Origin: an uncultured delta proteobacterium
Lineage (GTDB): Bacteria > Desulfobacterota > Syntrophobacteria > BM002
Direction: 5' to 3'
Assembly: GCA_963712115.1 (NCBI GenBank)
Contig: CAVQGX010000046.1
Coordinates: 1 to 64,000 of the forward strand
Length of the DNA: 64,000 nt
A model generated the notes under the pieces. The model ran no database searches, was not told the origin of the DNA, and saw nothing but the letters and a program-made list of their open reading frames with translations. Positions within the stretch are counted from its first letter, which is position 1, and each line of letters starts with the position of its first letter. Both the position numbers and the translations under genes were made by a program. Below are positions 1 through 9,846 of the stretch, in pieces.

Positions 1-127
1 CTCTGACCTCTGACTCCTCAGTGCCTAGTTGAAAAAGCTGCCTGCTGCTAGTTGCTAGCTGCCAGCTTTATTTTCCCTATGCCCTATGCCTCCTGGATTC
101 TGACTACTGGCTACTGACTCCTAACTT

Positions 128-143
128 TGGCCCAGTTCTTGCT
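128..143 (+). promoter_or_regulatory. Putative sigma-54 promoter (-24/-12)
   Basis: TGGCCCAGTTCTTGCT matches TGGCAC-N5-TTGCW with correct GG/GC spacing, 75 bp upstream of the kinase ATG. Confidence 0.55.
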
Positions 144-218
144 CTTAGTTAGCTCAATTTCAGCTCAAGGAAACAAGTTTTCTTTTTTGTTGATATTTTA
201 AAGTATTAGGGATAAGCA

Positions 219-1928
219 ATGGCAGCCTACGAGTTGCTGGTCATTAAAGGCCCGGACGAAGGTCAGATCTATTTGCTAAAGGACGAAGAAGTAATCATAG
301 GTCGCGACCAGAGCTGTCAGATCTATTTCGACGATAGGACGCTTTCGAGGCAACATGCCAGGATTGTTATTAATGGTGACAATCTCATTATTGAGGATCT
401 CGATAGTGTAAATGGTGTTCTGGTAAACGGCGTTCCATTAAGAAGCAGCGATTTAAAAGTTGACGACCGCTTGACTCTGGGTAAAGTTGAGCTCCTGCTG
501 CGCCCTGCCACTGACTATACTCATCAAGTGGAAAGACTATCGCAACCTGTGCCACCTGCGGATGAGCCTACGCTCCTGCACCAGCCCGACGCTCAGCAGA
601 TTTTCCAGCCCTCTGAATCGGAGCCTGCCTCCGTCATGAACATCACCCAGGCGCTAAGTTCCTCCATGCTCATGGACTTGCTGGGCCGCAGCCATCTCAG
701 TCTGGGTGCCATGTATCGGGTAACCCGCTTAGCCAGCTCTATTTTTGATCTGGATGTGCTGCTCAACAAGGTTCTAGACGAGACTTTCGCAACCGTCCGG
801 GCCGAACGCGGCTTCGTCCTTCTCATCGATCCCAACACGGATCAGTTGGAAGTCAAGTCCTCACGCTGGCAAAACAAGGAAGGTCTCGATCACAAAGTTA
901 GCATTAGCCAAAACATCATCTCACACGTTCTGGAAAAAAAAGAATCAGTGCTCATCGCCGACGCCATGGCAGACTCAAAGTTTGGCATGGCCGAGAGTGT
1001 GGTTCTTCACCAAATACGCTCGGCCATGTGTTCTCCGCTCCGTGGGCGTAAGCGGATTGTCGGTATCATTCACGTGGACACCACCGGCGCGGGTGCATTC
1101 AGCCAGGAAGACCTTATGCTCCTGGATGCCATCGGCAATGCTGCCGGCATCGCAGTAGAAAATGCCCAGCTCTACAAAGACAAAATCCAAAATGAACGAC
1201 TTGCTGCAATGGGTCAGGCAATATCAGGACTCTCCCACTATATCAAGAATATAGTCGCTGCCATGGACACCTCCCATGACATGGTGGAGAAGGCACTTGC
1301 AGCCGAGGATTTGAGTATAATCAACAGAGTCTGGAAAATTCTTCGGCGCAGCAATCAGCGTATAAGCAACCTGGTGCTGGACATGCTCGCTTATTCCAAG
1401 GACAGGAAGCCAGATATTCAACCCTGCCACATAAACGGAGTTTGCAAGGAAGCTGCGGAATTGTGTCATGATCGGATCATGACAAAACACGGAAAGCTAC
1501 AGCTCGACCTGGACCCAAAGCTTCCGCGCATCTTCGCGGATCCTCAAGGAATTCACCGCTGTTTACTCAACTTGCTCACCAATGCAATTGACGCCTTGGA
1601 TGAAGAAGAAGGTGAGGTAAAGATCAGTACGCAGAAGCAAGGGGAGAGCGAAATTCTTATTACAGTTGATGATAACGGCGCAGGTATCCCCGAGCATATC
1701 CGCCAGCGGATCTTTGATGTTTTCTTTAGCACTAAGGGAAGTCAGGGAACTGGGCTGGGTTTGGCGGTCACCAAAAAGATTATAGAAGAGCACGGCGGCA
1801 GTATAGAGGTCCAGTCGAGCGAGGACCAAGGTACTAAATTTTTCATCCGCCTACCGATCGGGAAAGAACTAAGCACTAAGCAGGAGGCACTAAGCACTGA
1901 AAAACGTAATTCTTTGGATGGTGCCTAG
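219..1928 (+). CDS. FHA-GAF sensor histidine kinase (cytoplasmic)
   Basis: FHA motifs IIGR..SRQHARI..DLDSVNG; central GAF (SAMCSPL..VGIIHVD); H-box GLSHYIKN, N-box NLLTNAIDA, DNGAGI and GTGLGL. Confidence 0.9.
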   Translation: MAAYELLVIKGPDEGQIYLLKDEEVIIGRDQSCQIYFDDRTLSRQHARIVINGDNLIIEDLDSVNGVLVNGVPLRSSDLKVDDRLTLGKVELLLRPATDYTHQVERLSQPVPPADEPTLLHQPDAQQIFQPSESEPASVMNITQALSSSMLMDLLGRSHLSLGAMYRVTRLASSIFDLDVLLNKVLDETFATVRAERGFVLLIDPNTDQLEVKSSRWQNKEGLDHKVSISQNIISHVLEKKESVLIADAMADSKFGMAESVVLHQIRSAMCSPLRGRKRIVGIIHVDTTGAGAFSQEDLMLLDAIGNAAGIAVENAQLYKDKIQNERLAAMGQAISGLSHYIKNIVAAMDTSHDMVEKALAAEDLSIINRVWKILRRSNQRISNLVLDMLAYSKDRKPDIQPCHINGVCKEAAELCHDRIMTKHGKLQLDLDPKLPRIFADPQGIHRCLLNLLTNAIDALDEEEGEVKISTQKQGESEILITVDDNGAGIPEHIRQRIFDVFFSTKGSQGTGLGLAVTKKIIEEHGGSIEVQSSEDQGTKFFIRLPIGKELSTKQEALSTEKRNSLDGA

Positions 1929-1961
1929 TGCTTACTGCCCAGTGCCTAGTAGCTCCGGCTC

Positions 1962-3635
1962 TTACTCTGCCTTCACCTGAACAATCCTTGATATTTCTTC
2001 AAATGTGGTTATCCCCTTCGCTACTTTCTCCAAGCCATCGCGAAAGAGGGTGCGCAGATCTCCGCTCTTCAATGCTGCTTTACGGATCTCTGTAGAACTT
2101 CGTTTCTCGTTGATCAGGTCTCTTAAGGGATCCGAGATTAAGAGCAACTCATATATACCGATTCGACCACGATATCCGCTGAAGCGGCAGGCCTGACATC
2201 CTCTGCCCCGATAGAACTTGCGGCCTTTGGCACGCTTGGCAATGCCGAACTGCTCTAGAATCTCTGTAGTTGGAACAAAGGGTTCTTTACAAGACGCGCA
2301 GATGGTTCTGGCCAAGCGTTGGGCCAGCACGCCGGCTACGCCTGAGGATATAAGAAATGGTTCAACCCCGATGTCTACCAGACGAGTAACGGCTCCCGGC
2401 GCATCGTTGGTGTGCAAGGTGCTAAAAACCAAATGTCCAGTAAGAGCAGCCCTTGCAGCCATTTGCGCGGTTTCCAGATCTCGAATCTCTCCCACCATGA
2501 TCACGTCAGGGTCCTGTCGTAGGATAGCCCGCAACCCGCTGGCAAAGGTAACCCCGGCCTGAGGGTTGACCTGTGTTTGGCGAATTTGCTTGAGTCGATA
2601 TTCCACCGGATCCTCAATGGTGATCACGTTGAGGGTGGGACTGGTAATGGTATCCAGGGTCGCATACAAGGTTGTGGTTTTGCCACTTCCCGTGGGACCT
2701 GTGACCAGAACCATACCTTCCGGCAGCTTCAGCAGTTTCATGTAAGAGTCTAAGATGGCAGGGGGCAACCCGAGAGATTTTAGTTCGAGGATAGTAGCAG
2801 TCGGATCCAAAATACGCATGACAAGGTTTTCCCCATAAATTGTGGGGAAGGTGGAAAGACGAACCTCTATCTGCTTGCCTTCGGAGTCAAGATAAAAACG
2901 GCCGTCTTGTGCCGACCTCTTTTTCGCAATGTCAATCTCGCCCCACACCTTGAATCTGGAAGCAATTGCCTCGTGAATGCTCTTGGGGAGCTTTTTGATC
3001 TCTTGCAATACTCCGTCAATCCGGTAACGCACCGAGACCTCTTTTTCGCCGGGCTCGATGTGCACGTCACTGGCTCCATCTCGAACCGCCTGCTGAATAA
3101 TCAAGTTCGCCAACTTGATCATTGGAGCTTCCGAGATGTCGGCTGTCTCTTTTTTCCCATCTTCTACCGAAGCTACGTCCTGAATAAGTTGGGTGATTGA
3201 CTCATCCATCCGGTAGTAATGGTCAAGACATCGGGTGATTTTTCCTTCGGTGGATATTACCGGCTCGATCTCGCATCCCGTCTTACTGCGCAGGTCATCT
3301 ACTGCAATGAGGTTGAGAGGATCCGCCATGGCCACGGTTAGAGCGTTGCCTATTTTGAAAAGAGGAAGAGCCGTATAGGCTCTAGCGATCTTTTCGGGAA
3401 CCAGTTCGATCACATCGGGATCGAGGGCATAACTGTCAAGATCCACGTAGGGAATCTGGCGCTGCTGCCATACAGCTTTGGCAACGTCTTCCTCGGTGAC
3501 CGCTCCCAAGGCTACCAGGGCCTCGCCAATTTTCAGTCCCTCTTCTCGCTTCTGTTTCTCCAGACCAGCCTTCAGCTGCTCCTCTGAGATCAGCCCCTCA
3601 TCTATTAGGATTTCACCCAGAAGCTTCCTCTTCAT
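1962..3635 (-). CDS. mshE: GspE/PilB/MshE-family pilus assembly ATPase with N-terminal MshEN-like domain
   Basis: Walker A GPTGSGKTT, TIEDPVE, LRQDPDVIMVGEIRD, STLHTND, Zn-binding CASC/CQAC; N-terminal LGEIL..G..L..Q tandem; last gene of MSHA-like operon. Confidence 0.88.
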   Translation of the reverse strand: MKRKLLGEILIDEGLISEEQLKAGLEKQKREEGLKIGEALVALGAVTEEDVAKAVWQQRQIPYVDLDSYALDPDVIELVPEKIARAYTALPLFKIGNALTVAMADPLNLIAVDDLRSKTGCEIEPVISTEGKITRCLDHYYRMDESITQLIQDVASVEDGKKETADISEAPMIKLANLIIQQAVRDGASDVHIEPGEKEVSVRYRIDGVLQEIKKLPKSIHEAIASRFKVWGEIDIAKKRSAQDGRFYLDSEGKQIEVRLSTFPTIYGENLVMRILDPTATILELKSLGLPPAILDSYMKLLKLPEGMVLVTGPTGSGKTTTLYATLDTITSPTLNVITIEDPVEYRLKQIRQTQVNPQAGVTFASGLRAILRQDPDVIMVGEIRDLETAQMAARAALTGHLVFSTLHTNDAPGAVTRLVDIGVEPFLISSGVAGVLAQRLARTICASCKEPFVPTTEILEQFGIAKRAKGRKFYRGRGCQACRFSGYRGRIGIYELLLISDPLRDLINEKRSSTEIRKAALKSGDLRTLFRDGLEKVAKGITTFEEISRIVQVKAE

Positions 3636-3707
3636 TCTTCCTTACCGTTCTTAATACTCGCTAGTGTCAAGCTCAAAAATCGCTACGTAGGCGCGAAAGG
3701 CAAAAAA

Positions 3708-3823
3708 CACCGCCAAGAGCACAAAGAGATGGAATTGCAGATTGCGATATCTTCTAGTCCTACTGGAGTCACTCTACAATCTCAAATCTAAAATCTTAAA
3801 TATTCTTGGTGCTCTCTGTGGTT
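3708..3823. repeat. Gene-less GxxExxY-type IR element with a nested heptamer-repeat hairpin
   Basis: caccgccaagagcacaaaga ... tcttggtgctctctgtggtt enclosing gattgc/aaatct repeats. Confidence 0.5.
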
Positions 3824-4026
3824 CAATTCGCAAAACTATCAGAAACCACACGCAAAAACTAGGCCAAAATTATAACTCCCCGCTGTCAGGAGCGGGGAGT
3901 TAGGAGTCAGGAGACAGGAGTCAGAATCCAGGAGGCAACGGGCCTAGAGCAGAGTTCTTAGAGCATGGAGTTTTAGTCTTGACCCTATGCGCTATGCTCC
4001 ATGCCCTATGCCCTGCGCCCTGTGCC

Positions 4027-5376
4027 TTACTTATTCGGCGGCCCTTCGAGAGTGCGTACTCTGTCTTGCACTTTTTCACGGAGTTGGGGATAGGCTGACG
4101 GGTTGCCGGCCAGAAATTGGCGGTAGTGGGTGAGAGCCTTCTCGTGTTGGCCCTGCTCTTCCAACATCCGGGCAAGATTGTAATGGGCTTCGGGGTTTTC
4201 CGGGTCATTGGTTAGCACTCGCTCGAGAGTGCGGCGGGCCAGTTCTCCTCGACGGAGCCGTTCGTATACCAAAGCCAGGTTGACCTCACTTTGGCTGTTG
4301 CCAGGATTCAATTGTAAGGCCTGCTCATAGGCGGCACGAGCCTTGTCAAAATTTTTCAACCTGTAATAGATAATGCCTAGATTATTATAACTAGGATAGA
4401 AGCGAGGGTTTATACTGATGGCCTTCTCATAAGAATTGGCAGCCATTTTCACCTGGCCCTGCTTTTCGTAACAAACACCAATATTGTTGTAGACTTCGGC
4501 GCTCATGGGTTCAATTCTAAGCAACTCGTTGTAGGTTTCGATTGCCTTTTGCCACTTCATAGCTTTCTGATAGTCCACCGCCTTCCGATATAGAGAAGCG
4601 GCCCCGGCTGTGGTTTCCGCATAGAGATTGACCTGACCGCTCTTCGTGCTTCTCACGGAGCTTCGCTCTGGCCCCTCAGTAATCACTATTGTTTTTGGCT
4701 GCCCGGTTGAGTCCGGAGCGGCCAGGTGCTCAGGCTTGCTTTTCTCTGCTCTGCCGACCTTAGGGTGGCGGGTCTTCTCTGTGCGAAGAGGTTCTTTGTC
4801 ACCCTCAACCTGCTCGGCCGAGTGCAGGCTAACCACGCCAACTTTCACCTTGTTGCTGGGTTGTAGTGGCTGTTCTCCAGGTTCCACAGCGGACCCACCT
4901 GGCTCCAGCGCAGCAGTTTTGATTGGTTTCTCACTTTCATCATTATCCACCGATGGGGATGGTTTTTTGACCTCTTCCTCTGGGGAAACAGGTTCTTGCT
5001 CAATAGCAACCTGAACAACTTTCGGCTTCACCGGTGTGCGCTCGTCCTCCTTTGGCTCTTGCACCTGCTGAAGCTCTTCATGGACATCACTTTCCGCCGG
5101 CTCCGGTGGAGGGTGGATCTTATCGAAAATCACCTGCTGGGGGACTGAGGCTGGAGCTTCCTCGGCCTCTTTTTGCCCGGCTTTCCTCTGAACCATCCCG
5201 TAAAAAACCACACCGATGACAACGCCAGCAAGCAGCATGGTTAAACCTAAAAGCATTAAAAGCCGCTTTTTATTCTCGGGTCTCTGACCAGCGAGTCTTC
5301 GGGGAATGACCGGTGGCTGCTTGCGCCCCGCCCGCTGATCAGCCACCCTTTTTAAAGATTCGGAAATGAGGCTCAC
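4027..5376 (-). CDS. Membrane-anchored TPR protein (MshN-like)
   Basis: GTG start at 5376 after GGAGG; (M)SLISESLK N-terminus, one TM helix, low-complexity linker, C-terminal TPR repeats; lies between ExeA-like and MshE-like genes. Confidence 0.8.
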   Translation of the reverse strand: MSLISESLKRVADQRAGRKQPPVIPRRLAGQRPENKKRLLMLLGLTMLLAGVVIGVVFYGMVQRKAGQKEAEEAPASVPQQVIFDKIHPPPEPAESDVHEELQQVQEPKEDERTPVKPKVVQVAIEQEPVSPEEEVKKPSPSVDNDESEKPIKTAALEPGGSAVEPGEQPLQPSNKVKVGVVSLHSAEQVEGDKEPLRTEKTRHPKVGRAEKSKPEHLAAPDSTGQPKTIVITEGPERSSVRSTKSGQVNLYAETTAGAASLYRKAVDYQKAMKWQKAIETYNELLRIEPMSAEVYNNIGVCYEKQGQVKMAANSYEKAISINPRFYPSYNNLGIIYYRLKNFDKARAAYEQALQLNPGNSQSEVNLALVYERLRRGELARRTLERVLTNDPENPEAHYNLARMLEEQGQHEKALTHYRQFLAGNPSAYPQLREKVQDRVRTLEGPPNK

Positions 5377-5399
5377 GCCCAACCTCCTAGTCGGTTTTG

Positions 5400-5503
5400 A
5401 CCGCAGAGCACGCGGAGATCGCAGAGAAAATCAATGTAAATGGTACTGCAAAAGGTTCCAACGCCATATATGCTTTCTCTGCGTTCTCTGTGGTCTCTGT
5501 GGT
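5400..5503. repeat. Gene-less element with GxxExxY-cassette-type 30-bp inverted repeats
   Basis: accgcagagcacgcggagatcgcagagaaa ... tttctctgcgttctctgtggtctctgtggt with a 44-bp spacer. Confidence 0.75.
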
Positions 5504-7027
5504 TCAATCTTTATTGGCCCCCTGGCCTTTCGCACTCTCTTTGTGCGTGGCAATCTGCCGGGCCCTGTGAAATTCACTCTTTTGACTCAGTTTGCGGGCC
5601 ATAACCTGTGCCTCGCCCTTGTCTTTGTACTTGCCCACTAGAACCCTGTACCAGGTACCCATCTCACCCAAGTCTATCCAGGCTACCCAGGCATCGAAGC
5701 CGCGATTCTGCAGCTCTCGCATTCTCGCCGCGGCGATTTCCGGGTCTTTAAAGGACTCCACCTGTACGGTGTAGACATATGGCGGTTTGAGCAGGTACTG
5801 GGGAAACCTTTCCTTAGATGGTCTCGCATCAGACTTGGCCAAGGCAGCTGTTTTTGGCTCGTCACTTCCATCTTCCATGACCGGGCGAGCTTTAGAATTA
5901 GCACTACCTGTAAACCTCTCCACCGAAGAATCCTTGTTCAGGGGTAAAGGAGAAGTCACATCTCTTTTTTCGGCCCGGATCGGGCTTCTCATCACCGCCG
6001 GCTTTGGTTGGGGGATTTCAGCCCGGACAAATTGGCGCGAGTAGTTCAGGGGAGAGAAAGACTTCTGCGTAAAACTCCGGTTCACATAACTTCTCAACAT
6101 CTCCCGCATTGTGGGGACAAACACCAATGCGCTTGCTATTACCAGAACGGAAAGTGCAACTGAGGCCCCCTTCCAACTGTGGCCGAATCTCAGGAACGAC
6201 CTGGGACGACTTCGTGGAAACCTCCCGTTCAGACTCTGCCGCCCATCTACCACATGGGTTTGCCTTATTTTGCGGCTTTCCGCGAGATAGGCGGCCAGCA
6301 AAGAGCGCTCGGCAATTATATTAATCAACCGAGGCACTCCTTTGGAGAAACGGTAGATCTCACGGTGCGCCCCTTTGTCGAAAGAAGTGCTTCCTGCAGC
6401 TCTGGCCATATTCAAACGGTGTTGCAGATAACTTCTGGTTTCCCTCCTATCAAGAGGTTTGAGGTGATAGCGGAGGGAGATGCGCTGCTGCAGATGGCGA
6501 AGTTCAACAGCCTCCAATTTGACCGGCAGTTCCTCACTCCCCACCAGAATTATCTGAATGAGCTTCTCCTTGTGGGTCTCTAAATTGGAAAGTAACCTCA
6601 CCTGCTCCAGACATTCTGTGGATAGATGCTGGGCCTCATCAATTATCAACACCGCGGTCCTGCCGGCAGCCAGAGTTTGCAGGAGAAAGCGATTGAGCAC
6701 ATCCAGTAACTCTTTTCTGGTGGTCCCTGCCGACGGCAGTCCGAAGTCCTCCAGAATGGCCTTGAGCAGCTCCTCTTCGTTGAGCAGAGGGTTTAGGACA
6801 AGAGAGGTCTTTACCTCTTGAGGATCGAGGCGCTCGAGGAGGGCCCGGCACAGAGTGGTCTTACCTGTGCCCGTATCTCCACTGATCAGGACGAATCCCT
6901 CTTTCTGGTGAACGCCATAGAGAAGATGGTCCAGAGCCTCGCGATGCTTTTCGCTAAAAAAGAGAAACTTGGGATCGGGCGTCAACCCGAAGGGTTTCTC
7001 ACGGAGGCCAAAAAAATCCAGGTACAT
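5504..7027 (-). CDS. ExeA/MshM-family AAA ATPase with TM segment and C-terminal SPOR domain
   Basis: MYLDFFGLREKPFGLTPDP start, GDTGTGKTT, IIDEAQHL, GVPRLIN; SPOR YTVQVESF..WYRVLVG. Confidence 0.9.
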   Translation of the reverse strand: MYLDFFGLREKPFGLTPDPKFLFFSEKHREALDHLLYGVHQKEGFVLISGDTGTGKTTLCRALLERLDPQEVKTSLVLNPLLNEEELLKAILEDFGLPSAGTTRKELLDVLNRFLLQTLAAGRTAVLIIDEAQHLSTECLEQVRLLSNLETHKEKLIQIILVGSEELPVKLEAVELRHLQQRISLRYHLKPLDRRETRSYLQHRLNMARAAGSTSFDKGAHREIYRFSKGVPRLINIIAERSLLAAYLAESRKIRQTHVVDGRQSLNGRFPRSRPRSFLRFGHSWKGASVALSVLVIASALVFVPTMREMLRSYVNRSFTQKSFSPLNYSRQFVRAEIPQPKPAVMRSPIRAEKRDVTSPLPLNKDSSVERFTGSANSKARPVMEDGSDEPKTAALAKSDARPSKERFPQYLLKPPYVYTVQVESFKDPEIAAARMRELQNRGFDAWVAWIDLGEMGTWYRVLVGKYKDKGEAQVMARKLSQKSEFHRARQIATHKESAKGQGANKD

Positions 7028-7036
7028 AATCCTCTC

Positions 7037-8674
7037 TCACGGATTCAGGTAATCTATGGGCAGACGATCTTGCTGTTCGAGCAAATCAATCCGTCTGAGA
7101 TCCTCGGCCTTTAATTCTTCAATCCTCTTGCCGGTGAGCACCGTGGGAGTAATCAAGATGACGAGCTCGGTTTTTTCCGTATTTTCCTGTCTATAACCGA
7201 AGAGGTAGCCGAAAACCGGTAGGTTCGTCAGGCAAGGAAGCCCCGTCCGCTCTGTTGTGTCCGTTTCCTGAATGAGTCCTGCAATAATAATGGTCTGCCC
7301 GTCCCGCACCCTGACCACTGTGTCGGCCTCTCGAATGCGAAGCAGGGGAAATTCACTGCCATCGGGAGCTGTCACTCTTTCAAACTCGGCAGTTATGCTG
7401 GGATGAATGTTCATATTAATATCCCCGCCAGGGCCGATCTGCGGGGTCACGTCCAGAATAACACCCACGTCGATGGTGTTGGGCGTGAAGGACTGCAAGG
7501 TAGTCGTCTCTCCCTGGCTTATTTCAGAGGTGAAGTACACATCCTGTCTGGCGACTTTGACGATGGCAGTCTGATTGTTCATAGTGGCTACTTTGGGGCT
7601 GGCCAATGCTTTTACTTTGCCCTGCATTTCGAGGGCCTTTACTAAATCGGCAAGGACAAAATCACCGCCTGCCAGTGGCCCGGTAGAGCCCGCAACCAGT
7701 AGAGCCCCAGTGGCACTGCTTTGCGTCCCCCCTCCCAAAATGTTCCAACTAATCGACAGCTCGCTGAGGTCCAAGTTGAAAAACTGCTCCTGAATATTAT
7801 CCCAGCGAATACCGGTCTCGAATTCCTTTCTCAGAGTCACCTCCAAGAAGCGCGCCTGGATGAGCACCTGGCGCTGGCTCGATGCCTCCATATGTTCGAG
7901 AAAATTCGCCACTTCACGCAGTTTTTCGGGATAGTCCCGCACCTGAATGAGGCCGCTGGTCTTGCTAATCACCAGCTTCTTCCCATCTTGGCTGGTCAAG
8001 CTGGAGACCACCCCTGCCTGTCTAGCCCTGAGAACGGCCGCAGGTTTCTCCTCAGCAAATATTATGGCGGTCAGCCCTTCCTGAATCTCCGCCCAGAAGT
8101 CCGTTTCGTCCTTGCCGGAGATACGGGTCTCACTGGCACTTATCTGTTCACCGCCGGCCCCTGATCCATGGGTGGCCACTACGGTCTTTTCACCTTTGCG
8201 GCTGGTGCTCACGTAGTTCACCTGAAAGATCCTTGTCTCCAGTATCGGCTTGGAGATGCGGATTATACGACCTTCCCTGCGATAACTGAAGCCCAGCTGG
8301 CCGAGGATTGCGTCCAGTGCCTGCTCCAAGGTCACCCGATTGAGGTTTACCGTCACTGTACCGGTCACTTCGGGGTCCACCACCAGATTCTCTCCGCTTT
8401 CCTGGGCAAGGGCGAGAAGCACGTCTTGGATCTGTGCTTCGCGAACCCTGAGCGAGTAAAGTTTGCCAGGACTACCTACAGCTAAACGCGCCGGCTCTTC
8501 TTCCTGAAACTGGGGAACGGTGAGTTCTTCAAGCGAAGATTCAGGAACCGGAAATGTCTCTGGTGGTCTCGCAGGGGCGGGTTCCGGCTTGCTGGCGCAC
8601 CCCGAGAATAAATACACCACGGCAAAAATAGTAATCGCCACTAATCCATTTATCCAGATCTTCCGGCTAATCAT
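7037..8674 (-). CDS. mshL: MshL-type secretin (lipoprotein)
   Basis: Lipobox FSGC; STN and secretin_N2 (TRIFQVNY); secretin core QVLIQARFLEV, SPKVATMNNQTA, GQTIIIAGLI, ELVILITP; start placed at ATG 8674 after AGGGGTGAG. Confidence 0.88.
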   Translation of the reverse strand: MISRKIWINGLVAITIFAVVYLFSGCASKPEPAPARPPETFPVPESSLEELTVPQFQEEEPARLAVGSPGKLYSLRVREAQIQDVLLALAQESGENLVVDPEVTGTVTVNLNRVTLEQALDAILGQLGFSYRREGRIIRISKPILETRIFQVNYVSTSRKGEKTVVATHGSGAGGEQISASETRISGKDETDFWAEIQEGLTAIIFAEEKPAAVLRARQAGVVSSLTSQDGKKLVISKTSGLIQVRDYPEKLREVANFLEHMEASSQRQVLIQARFLEVTLRKEFETGIRWDNIQEQFFNLDLSELSISWNILGGGTQSSATGALLVAGSTGPLAGGDFVLADLVKALEMQGKVKALASPKVATMNNQTAIVKVARQDVYFTSEISQGETTTLQSFTPNTIDVGVILDVTPQIGPGGDINMNIHPSITAEFERVTAPDGSEFPLLRIREADTVVRVRDGQTIIIAGLIQETDTTERTGLPCLTNLPVFGYLFGYRQENTEKTELVILITPTVLTGKRIEELKAEDLRRIDLLEQQDRLPIDYLNP

Positions 8675-8811
8675 CTCACCCCTATCGCGCACGTAAGTGA
8701 CAAGTGTACTAACCTTGTCACCAAACATTGAAAAACAAGCTAACTTCGCAGAACACCCTATCTACTAATCGGCCAAACGCATGGTCATCAAATGTTACGC
8801 TATGCGATGGT

Positions 8812-9342
8812 TCACTTCCCTCCAGTGCTCTCCACCGTGACTTGCGTTTGCGGCTGAGGTACCTCGAGCAAACGCTCCCCAAAATCACCGGTCAAAACTA
8901 CATGATCCAGCGTGATGTCAGAGATCTTTTCTTTGCCGATTTCATCCCCCACTGCATAGATCCTGTCGTTGATAACCGCCAATCGGTTAGATCCAGTAAT
9001 CAAGATGGTTGAAAGCTTATACTGCGGTCCCTGCTTTCCACTCTCTGGTTGAGATCTAGCAACTTTCTCTGGCGAGGTCGCAGTTTCTTCGGCCGCCTGA
9101 TATGGGGAGTAAAATGGGTCCCGACCCCAGCCGCCAGGAATCAGCTCCTCCGCGCTTGCATCTATTTCTTTTTTCTCTTGCTTCCCGCTTTGGGTCAAGG
9201 TCACCAGCATCTTATCCAGCGGCGCACCTGGCTGGACCTGCTCACGCTTAGGCCCAAATAACCAGATAATTACCCACAGGAAAAGCGCCACACCCGCTAC
9301 ACAGTAAACAAAAATCTTATTTGGCGGCTTCGTTAGATCCAT
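8812..9342 (-). CDS. MshK/GspB-like pilus assembly protein
   Basis: N-terminal TM, GRDPF motif, LSTILITG..AVINDR..VGD; between PilO and secretin. Confidence 0.7.
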   Translation of the reverse strand: MDLTKPPNKIFVYCVAGVALFLWVIIWLFGPKREQVQPGAPLDKMLVTLTQSGKQEKKEIDASAEELIPGGWGRDPFYSPYQAAEETATSPEKVARSQPESGKQGPQYKLSTILITGSNRLAVINDRIYAVGDEIGKEKISDITLDHVVLTGDFGERLLEVPQPQTQVTVESTGGK

Positions 9343-9363
9343 TCAAATGGTCCCTAGTCAGTT

Positions 9364-9812
9364 CACCGCGGAGAACACAGAGACCGCAGAGAAATTATTC
9401 TTTCAAACCAAGAACCATTCTGCGTATCCCGTTCTTAAGCACCCTGACATTAAAATTGATCAATAGCCCCACCTTGCAACCGGACAATTTCAGATAAGAT
9501 AAAAGTTGAGCCTTATGGATTGGCTCCAACCTGTCCTGTGCCTTAAGTTCGACTATCACCTTTTCTTCCACCAGTAAATCCATGCGATAACCACAGTCTA
9601 CCTTTACACCTCGATATTCCACAGGCAGGGCCTTTTGTCGTTCTACTGCCAATCCGCATTCCGCCAGTTCGTAGGCCAGACAAGCCTCGTAGGCTGATTC
9701 CAGCAGGCCAGGACCGAGTTCCTGATGAACAGCCATCGCCGCCCCTATGATGGTTTCTGTGATCTTGTTCAACTCCTTTACCATCTCTGCGAACTCAGCG
9801 TTCTCTGCGGTG
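9364..9812. mobile_element. Putative GxxExxY mini-cassette bounded by 29-bp imperfect inverted repeats
   Basis: 9364-9392 vs reverse complement of 9784-9812 match at 24/29; IRs abut the start and stop codons. Confidence 0.65.
9395..9784 (-). CDS. GxxExxY protein (PD-(D/E)xK nuclease-like family)
   Basis: LGPGLLESAYE, YRMDLLVEEKVIVELKA, QLLSYLKLSG..GLLINFN. Confidence 0.92.
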   Translation of the reverse strand: MVKELNKITETIIGAAMAVHQELGPGLLESAYEACLAYELAECGLAVERQKALPVEYRGVKVDCGYRMDLLVEEKVIVELKAQDRLEPIHKAQLLSYLKLSGCKVGLLINFNVRVLKNGIRRMVLGLKE

Positions 9813-9846
9813 CACGATTACGGCTCAACGACGGACTACTAACCTT

